Assembly: GCF_006345805.1 (NCBI RefSeq)
Contig: NC_043001.1
Span: 29,946,001-30,010,000 of the forward strand
DNA from: Octopus sinensis
Taxonomy: Eukaryota
Reading direction: 5' to 3'
DNA length: 64,000 bases
The translations under genes were made by a program, and so were the position numbers. Numbering within the stretch: the stretch's first letter is position 1; each line of letters begins with the position of its first letter. The notes under the pieces are model-generated. The model was not told the origin of the DNA. It was given only the letters and a program-made list of their open reading frames with translations, and did not search any database. Below, piece by piece: positions 1-11,100 of the stretch.

Positions 1-850
1 TCTAGAGATGCATACACCATCATCCTTCTCTACTCTACTTTTGCCCAACCTCTCCTTGAGTACTGTTGCCCACTGTGGTCTCCCCATATGAAGCAACTCA
101 TTATGAAAGTGGAAGCACTCCAGAGGTCAATAAGAAGAAAGACAGACAGTATGAGAGGCATTGATTATTGGAGTCTACTAAAAAAAACTCAATCTGGTAC
201 AACTCAAAATAGATAAATAATACCATTTAGAATATTTGATTAAAAAGAAAGCCCTTTCATAGAAAAAAACTTTACTGTTTCTTCAAGTTCCGCTGTACTC
301 CCCTCCATTCTTCCTCATTTCCCTACCTGCACACAATATGTCCCTGTTGAATCTCCTCCCCACAGCATATCTTCCTAATACCCCCTCATTACCTTCCCTC
401 CTCACCTCCATCCCCCACTTTCCCTTTGCGATTCTGTGAACTCACCTATCCACTCATATTCTCCAGTCCCTGGTTGATTTCACTATATGCACCTTCCTGT
501 AACTTGAGTGTACAGCCGCTGCTCCAACCCTGTCACATCTTCACCATCTTTCTCTCCTCCCACTTCCCACCTGAGGTAGCCATGCTTCTCATCTAATGCA
601 AGACACCTTTTCTGTCCCTCAATAGTACTCCTGCTAGTTGAGAGGTCTTGTCCTGCAAGTTACTTGGTGACCTCAATGCCACTGGTGCCACATAAAAAGC
701 ATGCAGTACACTATAAAGTGGTTGGCATGAGGAAGGGCATCCAACCACAGAAACCATACCAAAATAGACAGCAGGGCTTGGTGCAGTCTTCTGACTTGCC
801 AGTTTCTGTCAAACCATCCAACCTACGCCAGCATGGAAAACAGACATTAA

Positions 851-1549
851 TCCTATAGCATTCAGAATACCCTATCAAAAATAATGCTTACCGTAAATCT
901 TCGAGTATAGTCCGCCCTTGAGTATAATACGCAGGGGATTTTTAGTGGGCTGTACCTCTGAAAAACCTAAACCTTGTGTATAATACACACTCCTTCTCTA
1001 ACTCAAGTCATGTATAATTAAGCCAGCAGTACCTAGTCGAACAAACACTTCTGTGCATGCATAATACAATAATGGTGATGTTCTTAACTGTTATATGGGA
1101 ATGTAAATATGTTTGCAAATTGCTTTTGTTACATGTTATTCTGTGTTCTGAATACTTTTATTTTAATAAATGTTGCTTACTGTAAGTTATGGATGATTCT
1201 TTTATGACTTCATTGCTTTCAGGCTTAGCTTAAGGTATTTTCGTGCCCAACATCACAAAATGCGTCTGAATAAACATTGCCGGACAGCAAATAGAGACTC
1301 GGACATTGTATAGAAAATATTTTTCATTTTTAACCTCGTATATAGTACGCAATAGGGATTTTGACCTTTAAATTTTGGGGAAAAATGCGGATTATACTCG
1401 AGGATTTATGGTATTCATTCATATTGGCCTTGATTGTTTATTTTTAGAATGACATTGTAGGGTAGGTGTAGGAGGCCAGATCCAGTCAGTTTGAACATAA
1501 AGCAGGTAGAATATTTGGGTTGGCTATGGCTGGATTAAATACCAAGGGG
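851..1549. mobile_element. piggyBac-like MITE (TTAA target) interrupted by a TA-target MITE
   Basis: Flanked by TTAA (847-850, 1550-1553); degenerate CCCTTTAGC/GCTAAAGGG termini; same family as 51958-52177. Confidence 0.65.
891..1411. mobile_element. Tc1/mariner-superfamily (pogo-like) MITE
   Basis: TIR CCGTAAATCTTCGAGTATAGTCCGC / GCGGATTATACTCGAGGATTTATGG with TA duplication on both sides. Confidence 0.8.
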
Positions 1550-1659
1550 TTAAATGATGATGATAACGTATGTTTGTGTGTGTGTGTGTGCAGAGAAAGA
1601 AAAAAAACAAACAAATCTGTTTTACTGATTTAATAATCAATGTATTTTATATCTTCTAG

Positions 1660-1730
1660 AATCGGTATGCACCCTACTGTTTGATAAAGAAATAGGAATT
1701 ACCACATTCCTCAGAAGCCATGCTGACCAG
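1660..1730 (+). CDS. PRKDC: PRKDC exon, 71 nt (SVCTLLFDKEIGITTFLRSHADQ)
   Basis: ctag|AATCGG...GACCAG|gtaaaa; resembles human QTSLVFSRDFGLLVFVRKS. Confidence 0.8.
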
Positions 1731-4700
1731 GTAAAACACCCTAATGTTCTGTACTTCATGTTGTCTGTAATATTTCCTCCGCGTAAGGTGGCAAGCTTGC
1801 AGAATCGTTAGCACTTTGGGCAAAATGGTTTGCAGCATTTCATCAGTCTTTACATTCTGAGTTCAAGCGCCATCGTGGTTGATTTTGCCTTTCTGGCCGG
1901 TGTCAGTGCCTCCTGACTGGCACATAAAAAGAACCATTTGAGTGCAACTAATGCCAGTTCCACATGATTGGCACATAAAAGCACCCACTACACTCTTGGG
2001 GTGGTTGGCATTAGGAAGAGCATCCAGCTATTGAAACCTTGCCAAATCAGATTGGTTCTCAGTCAAACCATCCAGCTTGTGCCAGCATGAAAAGCAGATG
2101 TTAAATGGTCTTTGCAACAGCTCAGCTACTGGGAAAGGTTGAAACAGCTAAGACTCTACTCCCTGAAGAGAAGATGAGAGAGGTATGCAGATCCTGGAAG
2201 GAATTGTGCCAAATTTTTGCATTGAAAGCTACACCAATGCCAGAACGGGACGACACTGCATAGTGCCAAAGATCCCAGCAACGCCATCATGCTTCAGAAT
2301 CAGTTACTGCAACAGCCTGGGTTTCAAGGGCCCACAGCATTTTAATATTTTTCCAAAGAGCCTGAGGAACCTGCATGAAGTAGATGTAGGGGTTTTTAAA
2401 TCAAAGCTGGACCTCTTCCTGTCGAAAGTCCCAGATGAACCAACCTCATGGTAAGAGGTACAAATGAGGGTAGCTACATCAAATTCCATTTGTCACCAAG
2501 TGCCACATATTAGAGGAGGCTCTCAGTAATAACAGTGTAGCAAAACGGCAGTGCATCAGCATGGCTGCAGCTCTGAGCTGAAACTAGGGACCAAAAAAAA
2601 AAGGGTCATGATGATGATGATTCTTTTAGGGTTGATTGAATAAGTACCAGTGGCGATCTTTCAGTACAAGTACCATAACTGCCAAATATAAACCCATGTG
2701 GGTTTATTTACATTTCTGAAGAAAAAAGAAACCCTTTTCCTCCACCCCTAACCCTAACCCCACTTATATAAAAAAAAAGAAATTTACGATCTTCTTCTTC
2801 AAATGTAAACAAACAGACTTGGCAGTTATGGTATTTGTACCGAAAGATCGCCGTACCAGTTGAGTACTGGCATCAATGTAATCAACTTACCACCGCCTCT
2901 GAAATTGCTGGCTTTGTACCAAAATTTTGAACCAGTATTTCCCCCACATTAAATATCTTGGTATAATCCATTCCATGTCCAATCTCTTTGGAAATTAATC
3001 ATTATTGTTTCTTTTTGTTTTTGGTGACTTGTAAAAGGCACCCACTACATGCTATGGAGTGGCTGGTGTTCGGAAGGACATCCAGCCATAGAAACCAAGC
3101 CAAGACAGACTGGAGTCCAGTGCATCTCTCCAGCTTTCCAGTTCCAGTCAAACCATCTAACCCATGCCAGCATGGAGAATGGACACTGCCTTGTTGGCAC
3201 TTGTGCTGGTGGCATGTGAAAAAAACGTTCGAGCAAGGTCGTTGCCAGTGGCACTGGACTGGCTTCTGTGCAGATGGCACGTAAAAAGTACCATTTGAGC
3301 GTGGCCGTTGCCAGTACCGCCTGACTGGTCTTCGTGCTGGTGGAACGTAAAAGCACCCACTACACTCTCAGAGTGGTTGGCGTTAGGAAGGGCATCCAGC
3401 TGTAGAAACTCTGCCAGATCAGATTGGAGCCTGGTGCAGCCATCTGATTCGCCAGACCTCAGTCAAATCGTCCAATCCATGCTAGCATGGAAAGTGGGCG
3501 TTAAATGATGATAATGATGATGATGATGATGATTGATGAACTTATCAATTCTTCCATACATACTTTTTCTCACTAATCTGAAAATTTTGGCATTTAATCA
3601 TTCCTTCATTTGCTAAATATTCAATTTTCATTAGCCTGTATTCATTGTTATTGGATGTGCATTACTTTCCTAATGACAGTTCAATGTTCCTACTGTTGTT
3701 ATTGTTTTGCTCTAAAAGACAGTGGACTGTCTTTTGGAGGTGTCAGGCAAAATGCCTTGCAATATTTTATCCTTAGGGTGTCAGGCAATATTGCAATATT
3801 TTTTTTTCCAACTTTTTACATTGAGTTCAAATCCTGCTGAGTTCAATTTTGTTTTCATCCTTCCAGGTACAATAGACATAAGATAAAAATGAATAACTAG
3901 AAGTCAGTGATATCAATAAACCCTATCCCCACAAAATTGCTGGCCTTCTACATAAATTTAAAACAATTATTGTTTAATCCTAAGTCAACCATGTGAAGAC
4001 ACATGACCTAGCAGTTAGAGTGTTGGCCTTGAGTTCATTAGATCATAGGTTCAATTCTTGGACCGGATAGCATATTGTGTGCTTGAGCAAGGTACTTCTT
4101 TGTAAGTTGCTCCAGTCACATGCAGCTGAAAATGGGTACCAGTGGTTAACTATGCTCACCATGCAACAGACTGGTGTCTTGTTCAAGTTAGAAGAGTCTT
4201 GTACTCTCAGCTTAAATGGCTTGAAAATCCCAATAAGCCCTGTCCTTGTGAGCCTATAGGCTTAATGCAAATTTTTGAAATCAGATTTGATCAAGCAGAA
4301 CTGAGATCAAAGGTACTGCTGATCTCGATCAAAGGTACTGCTGATCTCGATCAAAGGTATTGCTGATCTCGATCAAAGTTACTGCTGATGTCGATCAAAG
4401 GTACTGCTGATCTCGATCAAAGGTATTGCTGATCTCGATCAAAGGTACTGCTGATCTCGATCATAGGTACTGCTGATTTCGATCAAAGGTGCTGCTGATC
4501 TTGATCAAAGGTGCTGCTGATCTCGATCAAAGGTACTGCTGATCTCGATCAAAGGTACTGCTGATCTCGATCAAAGGTATTGCTGATCTCGATCAAAGTT
4601 ACTGCTGATCTCGATCAAAGGTACTGCTGATCTCGATCAAAGGTACTGCTGATCTCGATCAAAGGTACTGTTGATCTCAATCAAAGGTACTGCTGATCTC

Positions 4701-7700
4701 GATCAAAGGTACTGTTGATCTCGATCAAAGGTACTGTTGATCTCGATCAAAGGTACTGCTGATCCCGATCAAAGGTACTGCTGATCTCGATCAAAGGTAC
4801 TGCTGATCCCGATCAAAGGTACCGCTGATCTCGATCAAAGGTACTGCTGATCTCGATCAAAGGTACTGCTGATCTCGATCAAAGGTAATGCTGATCTCGA
4901 TCAAAGGTACTGCTGATCTCGATCAAAGGTACTGCTGATCTCGATCAAAGTTACTGCTGATCTCAATCAAAGGTACTGCTGATCAGATTTGATCAAACAG
5001 AACTGAGATCAAAGGTACTGCTGATCTCGATCAACGGTACTGCTGATCTCGATCAAAGGTGCTGCTGATCTCGATCAAAGGTACTACTGATCTCGATCAA
5101 AGGTACTACTGATCTCGATCAAAGGCAATACTAGAGAAAAATATGGCTGCTATTTCTAGCATAGCCAGTAACCATGTTGAGACATCTTGATTTCCTTGTT
5201 TGCATGTTTGTTTATGTGTGAGTGCATGCATACATATGTGCATTAACATGTGTCAATGCATAAAGATTATGTAGTAGATCATGTTGATGTGTAGTCTCAT
5301 TTTTTTTATTCATAACATTATGATTTAATAAAAAAAAATTATTTCCATCACTAAAAATATAATTACTTACACACTGCTATCTTTATTTACCTTTCATTAT
5401 TAGTCTTCTGAAATTCGACATGAGGTATTGACAATGCTGATCAATGTTGCAGAGAAGTTTGGAGAATATCTACAACCATATGCTGCTGATCTCATAGTAA
5501 GCTTTATATAATACATATTTGCTTGTCACTAAATTCAAATAAATTTTTTAAAAAAACACATAAAATGTTTGTAAATATAAGCATATCTTTTATATCTTTT
5601 ACTTGTTTCAGTCATTAGACTGCGGCCATGCTGGGGCACCACAATGATGAATTTTCAGTTGAATGGACCAAACCCAGTACTTATTTATTTTAAGCTTGGT
5701 GCTTATTCTATCAGTTTCTTTTGCCAAACTGCTAAGTTATGGGGGCATAAAGGTAAACATACCAAAAGCAGTTGTCAACTGGTGGGGAGGACAAATACAG
5801 ACATTAAGACACATACACACAGTCATGCACACACACACACATACACACACTGGGTAAACAGAAACTGAAAGAAAACCATCACACACACACACACACACAC
5901 ACATGTATATACACACAACAGTCTTCTTTCAGTTTCTATCTACCAAATTCACTCACAAGGCTTTTGTTGGCCCAAGGTTATAGTAGAAAACACATACCCA
6001 AGGTGCCCATGCAGTGGAACTGAACCAGGAACCATATGGTTGGGAAGCAAGCTTCTTACCACATGGCCATGCCTGCATGTAACCATTTATATTAAAACTA
6101 TTGATCTACATTGTGCAGATATGTCTGTATGGTATGTCCAGTAAGTTCACCGTCATCAATTCAAACACAGTTTTGAGTGATGTAAATTTGAATTTTGTGT
6201 TGATTTATGTTGTAAAGAAGTGCGAATTTAAAATTAAGCTTATTTTCCTTCATATGTAGTACATATCACAATCCCTTCAGGTAGATGGCCCTGCTCAATC
6301 TGTAGTAAAGGCATAGGTAGAAACTCCATAAGATGTACCTGGTGTAAGCTATGGACACATAAAAGGTACAGCAATATCAGAGGAAGGTTAACAGGGAAAC
6401 TAGTTTTTTTGTGTGCACAGGTACAATTAACACTAAAAATGTACAGAAAATAGATTCCATCACATGCTAGTGGAGAAAACTAGAAGTAGTCAATAGCTTC
6501 TGTTACCTAGGTGACCAAGTCAGTAGCTAGGGTGATGCTCCAAGAACGTCGCTGCTAGAATAAGAATACGCTGGGCAAAATTCAGAGAGCTCCTACCTCT
6601 GCTGGTAGAAAAGGACCTCTCTCTCTCAGAGTAAAAGGCAGACTGTATGATGCCTGGTGGCAAACAGCCATGCTACCTGGCAGTGAAACATGGACTGTGA
6701 CTGCTGAGGACATGCATGGGTCTGAAAGAAATTATGCTAGTATGCTTCGCTAGATGTGTAATGTCAGTGTGCATGCATGACAGTGTGAGCATCCTGAGAG
6801 AAAAGTTGGGCATAAGAGGCATCAGATGTATGCAAGTGAAACAGCTGCACTAATATGGTCAAGTGATATTTGTCGATGAGGACAGCTGTGTGAAGAAGTG
6901 GTGCACTCTAACGGTGGGGGCAACCTGTGGAAGAGGCAGACTCTGGAAGACATGGGACTAGGTGTTGATGCATGATCTTCAAATGTTGGGCCTCATGGAA
7001 GTAATGACAAGTGACCGAGACCTTTGGTGATATGCTGTGCTTGAGAAGGCCTGTCCAGCCAAGTGAGATCGTAGTCATGACCGATGACACTGTTGCATAA
7101 CTGGCACATAAAACTAGCACCTTTCAAATGTTGGGTGATATGCTATGCTTGAGAAGACCTGTCAAGCCTAGTGAAATCATAGTTGTGGCTAATGCCAGTG
7201 CCATCTGACTGGCACCCGGTGATACATAAAAAAAAACTGTCACTACACCACATCAGATAGTTTGAGAAGCACTAGTTTTTGTCTCCCATAGACAACAGTA
7301 CTTGCAACTCAGCAGTTTAATGCACATGCCTAGGAATTAAAAGGTTTCTCCATTTACATTGGTTTTTATCTTGTTTCTTTATTTTTCTTTTAATCATTTA
7401 CTTTCATTTTATTTAGGGCATTTGTAAATTACAGTACAACCAAGATGACAGTGCAAAAGTGAAAAATGTTGCTCTTGACTTGCTCATGCATGTAAGTAAA
7501 TTTAATATCTATTTAAAATATGTAGTATTGTGGTATATATAAACATGTGTGTATAACTTATGTAATTCTTTTATTCTTTTACTTGTTTCAGTCATTTGAC
7601 TGTGGTCATACGACAGCACCACCTTGAATATTTTAGTTGAATGAATCAACACCAGTACTTTTTTTTTTAAGCTTGCTACTTATTCTATTGATCTCTTTTG

Positions 7701-8167
7701 CCAAACTGCTAAGTTACAGAGACATAAACCAACACCAGTTGTCAAGCGAGCAGTGATGGGGGACAAACATAAACACAAAGGCACACACACACACACATCT
7801 ATCTATCTAGATACATATATATACCCCCTGGCACCTGAGCCAGTGGCATGTAAAAAGCACCAGCCGTACGTGGTCGATGCCAGCACCACCTTGACTGGCT
7901 TCCGTGCCGGTGGCATGTAAAAGGCACCAACTGATCATGGCCGTTGCCAGCCTCCCCTGGCACCTGTGCCAGTGGCACATAAAAAGCACCCACTACACTC
8001 ATGGAGTGGTTGGCGTTAGGAAGGGCATCCAGCTGTAGAAACACTGCCAGATCAGACTGGAGCCTGGTGCAGCCTCCTGGCTTCCCAGACCCCGGTCAAA
8101 CTGTCCAACCCATGCTTGCATGGAAAATGGACATTAAACAATGATGAGGATGATGATGATGATGACA

Positions 8168-8199
<32 letters not shown>

Positions 8200-11100
8200 C
8201 ATATATATATATCCATTCATATATATATTCCGCAACACTCTCTGGCCAAGCAGCTAGTCTGTCTTGATAAAGATCAATAACCCAGAAACTAGTCCGCAGA
8301 TGTTGTTTTGCACTAGATGGGAGTGCTGGCCTCCCTGTTCAAAAAAACAAGGACACAGACAGGGGTTGTATAGCCAGCTAGAAATGATGTTTCTTGGGGC
8401 TAAAACAACAGTAACATCATCCCTTTCGGTATAGCCGCATCATATATATATATATGTATATATGAGGTTAATTAAGCATCATGAAGGGATAGTAATATCC
8501 AATGAATTACTGGTTCATTACCTAATATTTGTTGTGAATATTAATAATAATACTCATAAACAATAGGTAATTAGATAAACCAAGGGTTATATTAATTCAA
8601 GAAAAATAAGAAAATGGAGATAAATCAATTAATATGTACATTTATTAACTGCAAAAAATAACATAATCTCTTACAGCTGTTTCAATTTGTACTCTAAAGA
8701 TTTTAATTATAATAATTAAATCATTTTATAAAGCACAATCTATCAGAGGCATAAAAAAAGATATACCATGATATTATAATGTGTTAAGTATACAGAATAT
8801 TCCAACAAACTGAGTATTATTTTATGGATAAATTTTGGTATAAAACTTTCAATGGGGATCATAGGATGTATATTTAGATATACTCTTTATCTTTTATTAA
8901 ACTCTTAATACTTTTGATATTTATAATAAAAAATAAAAAAATTAATAAATTAATTAATTAATTAATTAATTAATAAAATAAATATATAAATATAAAAATA
9001 TACATGCATACATATATATATATTTGTATATATATATAAAATTTATAAGTTTAAATTATTTAAATAATTTTTTATTTTTAACTTTTATATTTTAAAATTA
9101 ATTTTATGTATTGGCTTATGTTTTTCACTGTTTGATTTGCCTAATAGTGGTTTTATCTCTAATATAATATAATATATATATATATAAATAGATGTGTGTA
9201 TTTTCCCCTTTACCAAGGTAGCAAAAAATCACACAAGTAAATAGGTTTTAATTCCTTGTTTTTAAAGGTAGAAACTTTGGGTTATGTGAATTTTTTGTAT
9301 AATATATATAAATAAATAGAGTTTAACGCAAGTGTTATTCAAATTCTTTTACTTCTGACACGTTTCGAAGATATCACTGGTATTATTTCTATAGGCTACC
9401 TCTGACGTTATATCCTATAACGTTTTTTTGAAACAATATTAATAGCGTTCAGTTAATCACTATACATATTCATCATTTTCTGTTAAAATGTCTTATTGAT
9501 CAGTTTCATTTCTTCGCTTCCCTGAAGAGAAGATTACATTGTTTTACACCATTTTATTCCTTTGGAATAATACCAGTGATATCTTCGAAACATGTGTCGG
9601 AAGTAAAAGAATTTGAATAACACCTGTGTTTTATCTTACCTTTCCTCCCCGACAAGGCATATGCCTCCCGCAGGCAATTCTGCAGTTCCAAGTCGGGGCT
9701 CCAAAAAGCAAACCTATATTGGACCTTGGGAAAGGAGCCCATCACCCTGAACATATCATCCTCCATTATGACTTCTGCAGTTACCTGCGGAGGCCAATCC
9801 GGGTCTTCCGTCCAAGACAGGACCCTTCCCTCCGACCCCCTAGCTTCCCTACCTCCGGCCCTCAAACTTCCTACCACACAGCTACACCTGCTCCTGTTAT
9901 TTGGGTTTTAAAAAATTAATTTAAAAAACAATCAATGAAAAAGTTACCTCCCTTAGACCTGGTTATTTTTATTTTATGTATTAATTGCATAATCAAGTCT
10001 ATGGGAAGTAAATATTTTCGTATTTACATACATTTTCGTCCGTGGGGCAAGTATTGCCCGTGAGTTTCACAGTCTTCCCAGACTGAGGGAGTTGGTGTAG
10101 CTGATATTTAATTAAAAATTTTCTAGTTCTTGTAGCAAAAGTGGCCAAATGTATGATCAAAGTCAAGATTATTTTAGACATTGTATACCTATTTCTTTAC
10201 TACCCACAAGGAGTTAAACACAGCAGGGACAAACAGGGACTGACAAACGGATTAAGTCGATTATATCGACCCCAGTGCGTAACTGGTACTTATTTAATCG
10301 ACCCCGAAAGGAGAAAAGGCAAAGTCGACCTCGGTGGAATTTGAACTCAGAACGTAACAGCAGATGAAATACCGCTAAGCAGCGCTCCGGGCGAAATGCT
10401 AACGATTCTGCCAGCTTGCCGCCTTGACATTGTATGCCTACATTCTTTTTCAGAAGGTGAAATATGAATTGCAAAACTGTTTCCAAGACATCGTGTGGCT
10501 TGTAGTGACGCCATCTTGGAAATCTCCAGCATGCAAGCGCAGGGTTGGAATCTTCCGGAAGGCCTGCCGGAAGTTCCCTCATGCGCATGTGCAGAAAACT
10601 AGCAGCAGCTAAATTCTCTTGTATCTCCCTTTTATTGATGCTAGCAGCTGAACGATACAGACGTGCCTCCAGCAGCTCTCTTGAGCTGCTACCTTGTGGC
10701 ACATCCCCGTTATGCTTGAACGGGCAGGATTGACTCACTCCACTAGATTACTGCCAATAAGTTCCTAGGTTGCCGATTCGCCCAGAGGAAGGAAATGTTT
10801 ATATTGCAAATCAAAGAATATGTATTTATACTGTTGAAGTTAACGGAAAATCTTGACTCTTTCTTCAATTAATATTTGATGTAAAGGATGCAAGCAGCAC
10901 CCATCCAGTGCGGGAATCTCTCATCCTGTTACAGGCTAAATAGGCAGGGAGAACCCTGTGTTGCAAATATGACAATGAAGGAATGCGATAAATATTTCAG
11001 TTGACCAGTGTATGATTTGGATGTGAGACTCTATAGAAAAGTGAAATGTGTTAGCATAATGGTTACAGAAACTGCAGTTGTTAAGTTAAGTTAAGTTAAT

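Noticed and set aside
1-1659. PRKDC first exon or promoter
   Set aside because: The region consists of LINE, RTE-tail and MITE sequence with no exon resembling the DNA-PKcs N-terminus; the start lies upstream of the window.
2746-2761. Interstitial telomere
   Set aside because: Only about 2.5 CCCTAA units, internal to a MITE; the short run near 44973 is likewise too short.
4305-5125. CRISPR array
   Set aside because: Units are contiguous with no unique spacers, the context is a eukaryotic intron, and there are no cas genes; it is a minisatellite.
10214-10738. 174-aa minus-strand ORF
   Set aside because: It is a chance read-through across a solo LTR, flanking DNA and a SINE.
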